The position numbers and the translations under genes are program-made. Below are positions 28,868-38,839 of a stretch of 64,000 nt of DNA, one piece after another (the stretch's first letter is position 1; each line of letters starts with the position of its first letter). The notes below the pieces were generated by a model. It searched no databases, was not told the DNA's origin, and saw only the letters and a program-made list of their open reading frames with translations. This DNA comes from an uncultured delta proteobacterium (GTDB lineage: Bacteria > Desulfobacterota > Syntrophorhabdia > Syntrophorhabdales > WCHB1-27): assembly GCA_963810935.1 (NCBI GenBank), contig CAWEPK010000009.1, forward strand, positions 160,001 to 224,000. Reading direction: 5' to 3'.

Positions 28868-30181
28868 TTATAGATCGACGAGCATGATCTGGACGTCCAT
28901 TACGTTGGTGCCCGTGGGCCCGGTACGGAACAGGCCGCCCGCCTTTTCGAAGAAATGGTACGAGTCGTTGTCGGCCAGGTATTTTGCCGGGTCGATCCCG
29001 GCGGAGCGCGCGCGTATCGCTGTCGCGCCGTCCACGTAGGCCCCCGCCGCATCTGTGGGACCGTCGCTCCCGTCCGTGCCGGCCGATAAAAGGGCTATCC
29101 CCTCCTCGCCTTCCACCTCGAGGGCGAAGGCAAGGGCCAGCTCCGTGTTGCGGCCGCCGAGCCCGCGGCCCCTGACCGTTACGGTCGTCTCCCCTCCTGA
29201 GATCATGCAAAGGGGTCTACCGCCTGCGGCTTGCGCGCCTGCCCGGGCCGCGCGCGCCTGGGCGGCGAGCCACCTGCCCATATCCGCCGCCTCTCCGGAA
29301 ACATCCGTTGAAAGCACCCTGGCCGTAAAACCCAGCCTGCCGGCTTTCCACTGTGCCGCCTTTATGGCTGCCCGGTTATTCGCGACGATCGTGTTCCGCA
29401 CTTTGTCGAAGACGGGGTTGCCCTGTTTGGGCGTCTCGGCGACGCGCCCCGCAACGCCTTCCCGGAAGAGACCGGGAATGGCCGGCGGGACCTTGTCTGC
29501 GAGACCGAATTTCTCTATGACCTTAAGGGCGTCAGCGTACGTCGTGCTGTCCGGGGCCGTGGGCCCGGAAGCGATGACGTCCAGGGGGTCGCCCATTACG
29601 TCCGAGAGTATCATCGATTCGACCGTCGCCGGGCATGCGATCTCTGCAAGCCTGCCCCCCTTGACCATGGAGGCATGCTTACGGACCGCGTTCAGGTCGT
29701 TGATGTCCGCCCCCGCCTTCAGCAGCAGGTCGGTCGTCTTCTGTTTCTCGGCAAGCGTTATCCCCGTGTACGGGGCGACGAGGAGCGCCGATCCGCCGCC
29801 GGAGATAAGGCAGATGAAGAGTGTTTTCTCGTCGAAGGTGCGGGCGAGCTTCATCGCCTCCATCGTGGCCTTAAGCCCCGCTTCATCGGGAAGCGGGTGA
29901 CCCGCCTCGTGGACGGCGATCAGGTCCGATTTGCAGTCTACCCGGTAGCCGTGCTTGGTGATTGCAATCCCGCCCGTCAGCTTTTCGCCCATCCTGTCGG
30001 TGAGCGCCCGCAGCATGGGGGCAACCGCCTTTCCGAAGGCAAGCACGTAGAGCCTCGTAAAGCCGCCTCTCTCATACCTGGAAAGCAGCTCGTCGCCGTG
30101 CCGCGCCACCGCATCATAGGGGTCGGCCGCAGCCAGGGCATCAGCGAAAACGGCAGTCAACAGCACTTCAGCTTCGCTCAT
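28868..30181 (-). CDS. Glycerate kinase, MOFRL/TtuD family
   Basis: FGKA, EAGHPLPD, LISGGGSAL, SDVMGD, SGGETTV, GGRN.E, GTDGSDG, TGPTGTNVMD. Confidence 0.93.
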   Translation of the reverse strand: MSEAEVLLTAVFADALAAADPYDAVARHGDELLSRYERGGFTRLYVLAFGKAVAPMLRALTDRMGEKLTGGIAITKHGYRVDCKSDLIAVHEAGHPLPDEAGLKATMEAMKLARTFDEKTLFICLISGGGSALLVAPYTGITLAEKQKTTDLLLKAGADINDLNAVRKHASMVKGGRLAEIACPATVESMILSDVMGDPLDVIASGPTAPDSTTYADALKVIEKFGLADKVPPAIPGLFREGVAGRVAETPKQGNPVFDKVRNTIVANNRAAIKAAQWKAGRLGFTARVLSTDVSGEAADMGRWLAAQARAARAGAQAAGGRPLCMISGGETTVTVRGRGLGGRNTELALAFALEVEGEEGIALLSAGTDGSDGPTDAAGAYVDGATAIRARSAGIDPAKYLADNDSYHFFEKAGGLFRTGPTGTNVMDVQIMLVDL

Positions 30182-31176
30182 TTCGGGATACCTCGCCTTG
30201 TTCCCGCGCGCCGGGCGGCACGCGACCTGGCCGCGACAATCGATTCAGCGTCCCTGTATGCCTCGATCAAGCTCGTCGGGTCCGCTGTGCCTGTCCCGGC
30301 TATGTCCAGCCCCGTGCCGTGACCGACCGATGTCCTGACGAAAGGCAGGCCGAGCGTGATATTGACCGTCCTGCGGAAATCGACGGTCTTAACGGGGATG
30401 AGCCCCTGGTCGTGATACATGGCAACGTAGGCGTCGCACCGCTGCCCGTGAAAAAGGGAATCGGCGGGAAACGGGCCCGTCGCGTCGATTCCGGAAGCCC
30501 TCGCTTTTTCGATGGCCCCGGCAATCACCCCCTCCTCGCTGCCCAGTATACCCTGCTCGCCTGCGTGCGGGTTGAGCCCGCACACTTTTATGGCGGGCGA
30601 CGCTATGCCGAAATCAGTCCTCAGGGCCCTGTCGGTGACAGTGATGCAGGAGAGGACCCTCGCTGTATTTATGAGGCCGGGCACGTCTTTGAGGGGTACA
30701 TGAATCGTGACTAGACAGACCCTCATCTTCCGGTTTTTCATCATCATGACGTAATCGGTGACGCCTGCGAAATGCGCCAGGATTTCCGTATGGCCGGGGA
30801 ACGCTATACCGGCAGCCTGTATGGATTTCTTAGTTATGGGGCATGTCACGACCGCATCGACCGTGCCTGCCGAGATGAGCCTGAGGGCCTCCATCAGGTA
30901 TCGGTAAGACGCATCGCCGCAGGAGGCGTCAGTTTGTCCGAATCTGGCCTTCGTAATGAGTCCGAGGTCCACGAACTCGGCTAAGCCTGCTGGCGCCCGG
31001 CCTAACGGCTTGACCGCGACGCGGCGCCGGCCGATTGCCTTGAATGCCGCATTCAGAACGGAGGCATCGCCGATGATTACTGGCGTGCTTTTACGGGCAA
31101 GGATATCGACAGCCTTTGCAACCAGCTCCCCGCCTATGCCGGCGGGGTCTCCCATGGTTACGGCTATCCTGCTCAG
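30178..31176 (-). CDS. pdxA: 4-hydroxythreonine-4-phosphate dehydrogenase
   Basis: TMGDPAGIG, GHTE, GLNPHAGE, MYHDQGL, RTSVGHGT; conserved RIAVT extends upstream of ATG 31155 to a CTG at 31176. Confidence 0.93.
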   Translation of the reverse strand: MSRIAVTMGDPAGIGGELVAKAVDILARKSTPVIIGDASVLNAAFKAIGRRRVAVKPLGRAPAGLAEFVDLGLITKARFGQTDASCGDASYRYLMEALRLISAGTVDAVVTCPITKKSIQAAGIAFPGHTEILAHFAGVTDYVMMMKNRKMRVCLVTIHVPLKDVPGLINTARVLSCITVTDRALRTDFGIASPAIKVCGLNPHAGEQGILGSEEGVIAGAIEKARASGIDATGPFPADSLFHGQRCDAYVAMYHDQGLIPVKTVDFRRTVNITLGLPFVRTSVGHGTGLDIAGTGTADPTSLIEAYRDAESIVAARSRAARRAGTRRGIPK

Positions 31177-32099
31177 ATCTTGACCTCTATGTAGGAAGTC
31201 GACCGGAGCTTGGCTATCAGGCTCTTGTACCTTTTTTCCGCCTCTATTTGGAACAGGTTACTCCTGACGGACTCTTTCACCTTTTCAAAAGGGAGGGCCG
31301 CGCCCCTTTTCGTTTCGATGAGCTTGAGTATATGGTAGCCGAAGGGCGTGCGGATGACGTTGCTGAAGCTGCCGGGCAAAAGCAGGCCGACAGCCGCCCG
31401 AAGCTCAGGGATAAGCTCGTCCTTCTTGGTAAAGCCGGCCTCGCCCTGCGCGCCCGAAACCTCGTCCGAATACTCAGCGGACACTTCCTCGAAAGGCCTG
31501 CCCCCCTCCAGCGCGGTCCGGGCCTCCTGCGCGCGCTCGGCCGCATTTTTCCTCCGCGACGATACGAATACATGCTGAAGCTTCAACTCCTCCGGGGTGT
31601 AATCATTCAGATGAGCATCATAATATGCCTTGACGTTTTTCTCGTCCACGTCCACTTCCTGCATGATGGTCCTCGCCAGTACCTTTTGCCTGGTCAGGCC
31701 CACCCTGATGCCCTTGATGAATTCCTTATAGTCGATCTTGTCGTTCTTCAACTGCTGCTTCAGCTCGTCGTCCGTAATCATATTCTGTTTCTTGATGCCG
31801 TCGACGGTCTCCTGGATCTCCTTATCGGCGACCTCTATCTTGAGCTTCTTCGCCTGCTGGTTAATCAGCAGGCTCTCGATGAAGGCGTCGAGCTTCTCCC
31901 TGATCTGCATGTTGCGCATGTACTCGTTCATCGAGGAAAAACGGCTCTTCTTATCGACCGCTACAAACCTCTCCACTTCACGCAGAGTGACGACCTCGTC
32001 GTTGACTATGGCCACTATCCTGTCCACCACCTCCGCCCGGCAAATGCTCGGCAGAAGAAGCGTAAGGAGTGTGCAGCCGATCAGAATAATCCGCTTCAT
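31173..32099 (-). CDS. surA: SurA-like chaperone / parvulin PPIase
   Basis: Signal peptide, EVVDRIVAIVNDEVVT, rotamase motif IRTPFGYHILKL; mfd-ppi-surA-pdxA synteny. Confidence 0.85.
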   Translation of the reverse strand: MKRIILIGCTLLTLLLPSICRAEVVDRIVAIVNDEVVTLREVERFVAVDKKSRFSSMNEYMRNMQIREKLDAFIESLLINQQAKKLKIEVADKEIQETVDGIKKQNMITDDELKQQLKNDKIDYKEFIKGIRVGLTRQKVLARTIMQEVDVDEKNVKAYYDAHLNDYTPEELKLQHVFVSSRRKNAAERAQEARTALEGGRPFEEVSAEYSDEVSGAQGEAGFTKKDELIPELRAAVGLLLPGSFSNVIRTPFGYHILKLIETKRGAALPFEKVKESVRSNLFQIEAEKRYKSLIAKLRSTSYIEVKI

Positions 32100-33052
32100 T
32101 TTGCCTTACCGGCCTCCGGCTTCGCCGCGGGCGCGCTGGCATCCGGCTTCGCCGGGGCGTCCTTAGCAGGAGCCTTTGCATCTGCGCCTTCCGCCTTAGC
32201 GGGCGCCTCACCCTGCTTGGCTTCCTCTTTGAAGAACCCCTCGTTGATGACGATCTTCGAGCTCTTCTTCAGGTCTTCGATATATTTCTGGACCATCTCG
32301 GTCTGTTTTTCCTGGAGGATCTTCTGTTTTATAAAGTCCTTCACTTCTGCGAACGGCACATACGTCGGCGCCTTAACCCCTTCGAGCTTTATGATATGGT
32401 AGCCGAGCTGTGTCTTCACCGGGTCGCTCACCTGCCCGACCTTCGTCAGCTTGAACGCGGTCTGCTCGTATTCCGGTATCAGCGTGCCTTTCGGATGAAA
32501 GCCTATGTCTCCCCCGTTCGCCTTGGCGCTCGGGTCGAGGGAATACTTCTTCGCCAATTCCGCAAAGTCCTCGCCTTTTGCGACCCTTGCCTGAAGCTCC
32601 CTGGCTTCCTGCTCGGTCTTCACCACGATCTGTCTCGTCTGGATCTCCCTTTCCTTTTTGAACTCCTCCTTGTGGGCGTCATAGAACTTCTGGAGCTCTT
32701 CATCGGAGAACTTCGAGTCCGTCATGATCTTCTTGGCGAGAAGGGACTGTATCGTAAGCTGGTCCTTGAACTCGGAAAGCTTATCCTGGAAATCCTTGCT
32801 CTTTTGTATGTCTTCTTTCTTTGCTTCCTTCAGGAGGAGCCTCTGCACGACCATCCTGTCAAGGAAGTTCCTCTTCCCGCTCTGGTTCGCAACGAGCATC
32901 TTCATGTTCATCGGTATCTTGTCCAGCTCGTTGTTGAAATCGGCCGCAGTTACCTTGTCCCCGTCTATTGTAGCAACGACCTGACCGTCTTGCTTCTTTG
33001 AGCAGGCTACGAGGGGCAGGAGTAGCATTAATAGAATCACGTACTTTTTCAT
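32096..33052 (-). CDS. PpiC/PrsA-type peptidyl-prolyl isomerase lipoprotein
   Basis: Lipobox LVAC, FAELAKKYSLDP, GGDIGF, PVKTQLGYHIIK; Ala/Pro/Lys-rich tail; start at ATG 33052. Confidence 0.9.
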   Translation of the reverse strand: MKKYVILLMLLLPLVACSKKQDGQVVATIDGDKVTAADFNNELDKIPMNMKMLVANQSGKRNFLDRMVVQRLLLKEAKKEDIQKSKDFQDKLSEFKDQLTIQSLLAKKIMTDSKFSDEELQKFYDAHKEEFKKEREIQTRQIVVKTEQEARELQARVAKGEDFAELAKKYSLDPSAKANGGDIGFHPKGTLIPEYEQTAFKLTKVGQVSDPVKTQLGYHIIKLEGVKAPTYVPFAEVKDFIKQKILQEKQTEMVQKYIEDLKKSSKIVINEGFFKEEAKQGEAPAKAEGADAKAPAKDAPAKPDASAPAAKPEAGKAK

Positions 33053-33077
33053 GGTCACCTCATTTTGTTGTTTTATA

Positions 33078-36000
33078 TCACACCGCAACAAGCTCCAGCA
33101 AGATATTTCTTGCCGCGCTTACGATATCTTCCATCCTTCGGTCGCTCTGTATAACGATCCTTCCGTCGGGCAGCAGCTTCACCTTTTCCTTGCCGTCCTT
33201 GGCCATTTTCACTATCTTTTTCATGTCGAGGGGCGTCCGGTCAGTCACCTGGAGGATGATCTGCTTCCCGGTGTATTCAAGCCGCTTCATTTTCATCCCC
33301 ATAAGCATGACCTTGAGACCTATGACGTCCAGCAGGTTGCCTAGCGGGCCGGGGACGGGGCCGTAGCGGTCTTTCAGCTCTTCTCTCATGTCGGTCAGCT
33401 CCTCGTCCGTCTTGATCTTCGACAACCGCTTGTACGTCAAGAGCTTGCTCGTCTCGTCGCCTATGTAGGAATCCGGGATATAGGCGCTTAGGGGTATCTT
33501 GATCTCCGTAACAAGCTCCTCCTCTTCGGGGCCGTTGCTCCGCAGGGCCCTGACCGCCTCTTCCAGCATCTTACAGTAAAGCTCGAAGCCTATAAGGTTT
33601 ATGTGGCCGGACTGCTCTTTTCCGAGCAGGTTGCCCGCGCCCCTTATCTCCAGGTCATAATTGGCGACTTTAAGGCCTGCGCCAAGCTCGGTCATCTCCT
33701 CCAGGATCTTCAGCCTGACCAGGGAGTCCCTGGCAAGCGTCTCTTCCTTAGGGACGAGCAGGTACGCGTACCCCTGTTTCGTGCTCCGGCCCACCCTGCC
33801 CCGGAGCTGGTAGAGGTCGGCCAGCCCGAACCTGTGCGCGTTGTTGATGAAGATCGTGTTGACGTTCGATATGTCCAGCCCGGATTCGATAATGTTGGTC
33901 GAGAGGAGGACGTCGTATTTGCCGCCTATGAAGTCGAGCATGATGCGCTCCAGCACCTTGCCGTTCATCTTGCCGTGCGCGACCGCAATCTTTACGTCCG
34001 GCAGGAGCTTTTTCAAGTGCTCGTGGACGACCCCGATGTTGTAAATAACGTTGTGGACGAAGAAGACCTGCCCGCCCCTTTGCAGCTCGCCCTCGATCGC
34101 CTTCGTGATCACCCCGTCGTTGAACTTCACCACCTGCGTCTTCACTGCCAGGCGGTCGAGCGGCGGCGTATTGATTATGCTTAAGTCCCTGATGCCGGTT
34201 ATCGCCATATGGAGCGTCCGGGGGATGGGGGTGGCGCTTAAGGTAAGGACGTCCACGTTTTTCTTCATCAGCTTCAGCTTCTCTTTATGCTTCACGCCGA
34301 AGCGGTGCTCTTCGTCTATGACAAGAAGGCCCAGGTCCTTGAACTCCACGTCCTTTTGAAGGATGCGCTGGGTGCCGATGACCATATCGACGCCGCCCTT
34401 CTTCAAGCGTTCGGCCACCTGGGCCTGGTCTTCCCTGGACCTGAACCTGGAGAGCATCTCCACGTTGACCGGATAATCCCTGAAGCGCTCCGAGAAGGTC
34501 TTGTAGTGCTGCTGCGCGAGGACCGTGGTCGGCACGAGGAGGGCCACCTGCTTGTTGTCGATCATCACCTTGAACGCGGAGCGGATGGCGACCTCGGTCT
34601 TGCCGAAGCCCACATCCCCGCATACGATCCGGTCCATGGGCCGCTGCTTCATCAGGTCGTCGAGGACCTCCCTGATGACCCTCTGCTGGCCTTCCGTCTC
34701 CTCGTACTCGAAACGCTCCTCCATTTCCCTGAAAACCTCGTCGTCCGGAGGGAAGGCGTGCCCCTTCGCCAATTCCCGCTCGGCGTAGAACTGTATAAGC
34801 TCCTTGGCGATGTCTTCGACGTACTTCTTGACCCTGTTCTTCGTATTTTTCCAGTAGCCGCCGCCGAGCTTGTCTATCTTCGGCTTAATCTTCTCGCCGC
34901 CCACGTATTTCTGGACCAGCTCCAGTGAATCGACAGGTACGTAAAGCCTGTCCTCATCCTGGTACTCGATGAGGAGAAAGTCTTTTTCCGAGCCCTCGAG
35001 ACTCAGCTTCTTTATGCCCTTGTAAACGCCTATCCCGTGCTCGATGTGGACGATACATTCGCCGACTGCCAGGTCCTTGAAGGAGTTGAGGAACTCATCG
35101 ACGCCCCCCCACTTGTGCTTCACCGTCCGCTTCTTCGGGCCCACGATATCTTCTTCCGTAAGGAGTATCATGGAGGACGTCCTGAACCCTCTTCTCAGCG
35201 GACCGACCACGATGGCCCATTCTTTTTCCTTGCCGTCGACCGACAGCTCGGAGATAACCGGCAGGGCGACGCCGTAATTCTTGAGGATCTCCTGAAGCCT
35301 TTCCGCCTGGTGGCGGTTGGCGGCGGAAAGGTAGACAAAGGGGACTGACGCCCACTCGCCCATCATCTTCTCGCTTAAGGACTTGAACACCTCGTTCCTG
35401 CGCGACTCGAATATCCCCCGCAGGTCTCTGTTGGACGCGGTTTCCAGTACCATCCCGTCCTCTTCGCCCCTTATGCCGGATACGTCCACGTTAAGGAGCG
35501 AGACGAGCCTTTGCCTCATCGCGTCCGCCTGCGCCGTCCCTTCTATCTTCCTGCACAGCTCGTCGATGCCCCTGTGCACTACGACCGAATCGTCGGTAAG
35601 GTAATCGATGATGGTTACTCCGTCATCGGCGGCAACCCCGGCCGGTGTCACGATAACCCGCTCTATCTCGCCCTGCGACCTCTGGCTCACCGGGTCAAAA
35701 AACCTTAATGAATAGACCTGGTCGCCCAAAAACTCGATCCTCACCGGCTTCGGGGAAGAAGGGGGAAAAAGGTCAATAATGGCGCCCCTCTTCGCGAACT
35801 CACCCTGCTCGCGGACGATCGGGGTCACCTCGTATCCCGCATCCGCGAGATAGGCGACCAGCTCTTCCTGAAACACGGTCTGTCCGAACTCCACCTCCAT
35901 CGATTTCTCAACCAGCCGGCCGGCCGGGGAGAGGGGGGCGTTAAGGGCCTCGACGGGGAACAGGCCTATGAAACCCGGGTCGGTAAAGAGGCGGTAAAGG

Positions 36001-36287
36001 AAGCTTATCCTCTTGGACTCGTCCTCTTTCTCAAAAATCCTGTGGCTGTACACGGGGAAATAGCTGACCGGCTTCTTCGAGAAGAACTCGATCTCTTCCC
36101 GCAACAGCAGGGCCTCGTCCTCCCCCTCGTAGAAGACGATGGTCCTCCGGCCGGGTATCCGGGAAAGAAAGAACGAGAGGAACGACTCGATCTTCCCTGT
36201 AATGTATACATAGCCTTTTTCGGGAATAGAATACACGCCAATCCTTCGCGCAAAACAGGCGGCTGCCTGAAGCGCCGCCTGCCGCAT
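33078..36287 (-). CDS. mfd: Transcription-repair coupling factor
   Basis: HIEHGIG (CarD/RID), CGDVGFGKTEVA, DEEHRFG, SATPIPRT, QLRGRVGR, TRCF C-terminal domain; exact start uncertain. Confidence 0.96.
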   Translation of the reverse strand: MRQAALQAAACFARRIGVYSIPEKGYVYITGKIESFLSFFLSRIPGRRTIVFYEGEDEALLLREEIEFFSKKPVSYFPVYSHRIFEKEDESKRISFLYRLFTDPGFIGLFPVEALNAPLSPAGRLVEKSMEVEFGQTVFQEELVAYLADAGYEVTPIVREQGEFAKRGAIIDLFPPSSPKPVRIEFLGDQVYSLRFFDPVSQRSQGEIERVIVTPAGVAADDGVTIIDYLTDDSVVVHRGIDELCRKIEGTAQADAMRQRLVSLLNVDVSGIRGEEDGMVLETASNRDLRGIFESRRNEVFKSLSEKMMGEWASVPFVYLSAANRHQAERLQEILKNYGVALPVISELSVDGKEKEWAIVVGPLRRGFRTSSMILLTEEDIVGPKKRTVKHKWGGVDEFLNSFKDLAVGECIVHIEHGIGVYKGIKKLSLEGSEKDFLLIEYQDEDRLYVPVDSLELVQKYVGGEKIKPKIDKLGGGYWKNTKNRVKKYVEDIAKELIQFYAERELAKGHAFPPDDEVFREMEERFEYEETEGQQRVIREVLDDLMKQRPMDRIVCGDVGFGKTEVAIRSAFKVMIDNKQVALLVPTTVLAQQHYKTFSERFRDYPVNVEMLSRFRSREDQAQVAERLKKGGVDMVIGTQRILQKDVEFKDLGLLVIDEEHRFGVKHKEKLKLMKKNVDVLTLSATPIPRTLHMAITGIRDLSIINTPPLDRLAVKTQVVKFNDGVITKAIEGELQRGGQVFFVHNVIYNIGVVHEHLKKLLPDVKIAVAHGKMNGKVLERIMLDFIGGKYDVLLSTNIIESGLDISNVNTIFINNAHRFGLADLYQLRGRVGRSTKQGYAYLLVPKEETLARDSLVRLKILEEMTELGAGLKVANYDLEIRGAGNLLGKEQSGHINLIGFELYCKMLEEAVRALRSNGPEEEELVTEIKIPLSAYIPDSYIGDETSKLLTYKRLSKIKTDEELTDMREELKDRYGPVPGPLGNLLDVIGLKVMLMGMKMKRLEYTGKQIILQVTDRTPLDMKKIVKMAKDGKEKVKLLPDGRIVIQSDRRMEDIVSAARNILLELVAV

Positions 36288-36321
36288 GAGAGGTAATTAT
36301 ACCAGTTTTTTCAGCGAGTAT

Positions 36322-36509
36322 CAGTATTGGGGCTCAGCGCCCCCTCCACGAGCAAAGCTCGCGGAGCCTCCCCGCTCGGCGCTTCGCATTCGCTCGCTTT
36401 ATTACTGCCGCGCTCGGCACTCGCTCTGGCAGTAATCGGGCTTAAGCACCATCTCACCGGCAAAGCCCGTGGAGCCCTCCCCCTTTAGGCGGGCGCTTCG
36501 CTTGCTTTA
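36322..36509 (-). repeat. Dispersed intergenic repeat, tandem copies 2 and 3 joined by a hairpin
   Basis: Reverse complements of the 19296 element at 36322-36401 and about 36428-36509; linker hairpin ATTACTGCC...GGCAGTAAT. Confidence 0.8.
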
Positions 36510-36550
36510 GGTAGGCATCGTGAGGGGCAGGCAGATCGATAGGGGGGGGG

Positions 36551-37153
36551 TTACGGGTCGGGCAGCAGGCAGAGGGTCTTTGCGTACTCACCCATGACCG
36601 CGCCGGTGTAGCGCGCCTGGCGCCCCGGCTTGCGGTGGCCGGGCTTGCCTGGGGGTCGGGCTTTTATCCTCTTTGCGCCCCTGTTGTAAGCGTCGAGCGC
36701 CACCGGTATATGCGTAAAGTCCTTGATAAGGCTCGAAAGGTGGTGCACCCCGATCTTTATGTTCTTTCCCGGCTCCCGGAGCTGCGCCTTGCCCGTCCAG
36801 CTCATCCCTATGATTTTTGCGACACTTCTGCCGACGGACGGCTTTATCTGGAGCAGCCCCATGGCGCCCTTGCGCGAGACGGCATCCTCGTTGAAATTGC
36901 TCTCGACCTTCATGACGGCCAATATCAGCCTGTAATCGATCCGGTAACTGCTTGATTCCCGATAGACGTGGTCTGCAATGGCCGCCGTCTGCCGCTCGCT
37001 TAAGGCCGCGTTCTCCTTCTTCATATAGACGGCGATCTCCTTGATGACTTTTTGGTATCGGGCCTGCTCTCTCGCGTCCTCAGGAGCGGCAAGGCGCAAC
37101 GGGAGGAGTACAACCAGCGACACGAGTAAGATGCAGACTTTGCCCATATGCAC
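36551..37153 (-). CDS. Lytic transglycosylase (SLT domain)
   Basis: LILAVMKVESNF, SRKGAMGLLQI, NIKIG, AYNRG. Confidence 0.9.
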   Translation of the reverse strand: MHMGKVCILLVSLVVLLPLRLAAPEDAREQARYQKVIKEIAVYMKKENAALSERQTAAIADHVYRESSSYRIDYRLILAVMKVESNFNEDAVSRKGAMGLLQIKPSVGRSVAKIIGMSWTGKAQLREPGKNIKIGVHHLSSLIKDFTHIPVALDAYNRGAKRIKARPPGKPGHRKPGRQARYTGAVMGEYAKTLCLLPDP

Positions 37154-37473
37154 AATATGAGTCGCGCATGTCTGACGGTCAATCGGGCGAACCGGGCGTG
37201 CGCGCAGAAAGGCAAGCGCATAAAATGGCGTCTTTCAGGGCAAAACGAAGGGACAGAGCGAGAAGGCTCCAACGGAAAGAACCGTCCCCTCAAACCCGGT
37301 TGCAGGGAAACCTTACGTCCGAAGACTGCGCGGGCAGGCACCTTTAGACTGCCAAAAGGTGCGATACGGCGTAAGCCCATGGTTTGCAAAAACGGCAACT
37401 CCTTGCAATGCGCCGTTGCCGAGCTATAATTTTTAAAGGCGACAGGGCCGCGAGCCTAAAAAAAGGGGGGGAT

Positions 37474-38076
37474 ATGCCCGAACGATGTCCGGTCCGTCGC
37501 CGCGAGGATCCCGCCCGGCCCGCCCTGCGGTTCAAGGCCTCCCTGGTTCTCGCCCTTCTGCTGCTATGGGCGCCCGCGTGCAGCACCGCGCCCGTGCAGC
37601 CGGGCGCTACCCCTGTTATCATCCCGGACGTGCCCTTTTTCAGCCAGGAGGCCTATCAGTGCGGCCCCACGGCACTCGCAACGGTCATGGACTACTGGCA
37701 TACTAAAACGGGGGCAGGCAAATGGGTCACCCCCGAGGAGATCGGGTTTGCGATTTACAGCCCCACGGCAAGGGGCGTCCTCGGCATGGACCTTGAGATG
37801 TACGCCCGGAAGCACGGCTTTGCGACAGAGCAGTACTCCGGGGGCCTGGACGACCTGAAAAAACGGGTTGACATGGGCATCCCGCCGATAATCTTCGTCG
37901 ATTACGGCTTTCTCTCATACGAGTTAAACCACTTCATGGTCGTGACGGGATATACGAAAAACGCCATCATAGTCAACTCGGGCAGCCGCCGGAACGAAAT
38001 GGTGCCGGCCGGGCAACTGGAAAAGATATGGAGGAAGAACCGCCATTGGACGCTCTTGTTAAAACCGTCGCCCTGA
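37474..38076 (+). CDS. C39-like cysteine peptidase lipoprotein (PA2778-like)
   Basis: Lipobox-like WAPAC; VPFFSQEAYQCGPTALA, HFMVVTGY, VNSG; start at ATG 37474 after a GGGGG RBS. Confidence 0.85.
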   Translation: MPERCPVRRREDPARPALRFKASLVLALLLLWAPACSTAPVQPGATPVIIPDVPFFSQEAYQCGPTALATVMDYWHTKTGAGKWVTPEEIGFAIYSPTARGVLGMDLEMYARKHGFATEQYSGGLDDLKKRVDMGIPPIIFVDYGFLSYELNHFMVVTGYTKNAIIVNSGSRRNEMVPAGQLEKIWRKNRHWTLLLKPSP

Positions 38077-38495
38077 TACTGCTGAGCCTGGCGATTACAG
38101 GCTGCACCATGCCGAGGATCGCCGCATTCAGGGACCCCCTTACCCCACAGGAGCATATCAACCTGGGGGTCTCTTACGAGCAAAAAGGGGAGCTGGACGC
38201 CGCGCTTAAGGAATACAAAACTGCCGAGAGAAAGGCGCCCATCGCCTATCTTTACAAGGGCAACGTCTATTTCCAGCAGAACGATTTCGACAGCGCCGAA
38301 AAGGCTTACCGGAAGGCGATAAAAAAGACGGGATCGCCGGAGGCGCACAACAATCTCGCCTGGCTCTACTACACGAACGATGTAAAGCTCGATGAAGCGG
38401 AGCGGCTGGCGGAAAGGGCAGTCGAGCTCTCACCCGCATCCGCCGGCTTTAAGGATACCCTCGACAAGATCAGGAAAAAAAGGGGGACTGATTAA
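38046..38495 (+). CDS. TPR lipoprotein
   Basis: Lipobox ITGC; TPR motifs NLGVSY, YKGNVYF, AHNNLAWLY, DTL; start uncertain (38028 or 38046). Confidence 0.85.
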   Translation: MDALVKTVALILLSLAITGCTMPRIAAFRDPLTPQEHINLGVSYEQKGELDAALKEYKTAERKAPIAYLYKGNVYFQQNDFDSAEKAYRKAIKKTGSPEAHNNLAWLYYTNDVKLDEAERLAERAVELSPASAGFKDTLDKIRKKRGTD

Positions 38496-38521
38496 TGACC
38501 CCGCTGCTTGCAGCAGGGTCG

Positions 38522-38755
38522 TAAAGCGAGCGTATGGCGAGCGCTTAAGCGGTGAGGCCGGGGCACCCGCCCGACGTAAGGAGGCAAGGATCGTAGGAAG
38601 GGCTGCTGAACCCCGATGATTGCCGCTGGACCCCAGCGGCAATAAAGCAAGCGAATGCGCCGAGCCGAGCGGGGAGGCCGGGGCACCCGCCCGACGTAAG
38701 GAGGGAAGGGTCGCAGCTTTGCCCGTGGAGGGGGCGCTGAGCCCCAATGATTGCC
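38522..38755 (+). repeat. Dispersed intergenic repeat, tandem copies 4 and 5 with a shared internal module
   Basis: TAAAGC.AGCG.ATG...GAGGCCGGGGCACCCGCCCGACGTAAGGAGG...GCTGA.CCCC.ATGATTGCC twice; linker hairpin ATTGCCGCTG-GACCC-CAGCGGCAAT. Confidence 0.85.
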
Positions 38756-38839
38756 CTTTACAGCAGTCCGCTCCGTAGTTATATATGTAAGGTAGCACTG
38801 AAATATCCCGTCAAAACATAAACGAACGGAAGAGAGGCG

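Noticed and set aside
38522..38755. Mini CRISPR array from the duplicated ~31-nt sequence
   Set aside because: Only two copies, the intervening sequence is itself part of the dispersed repeat, and no cas genes are present
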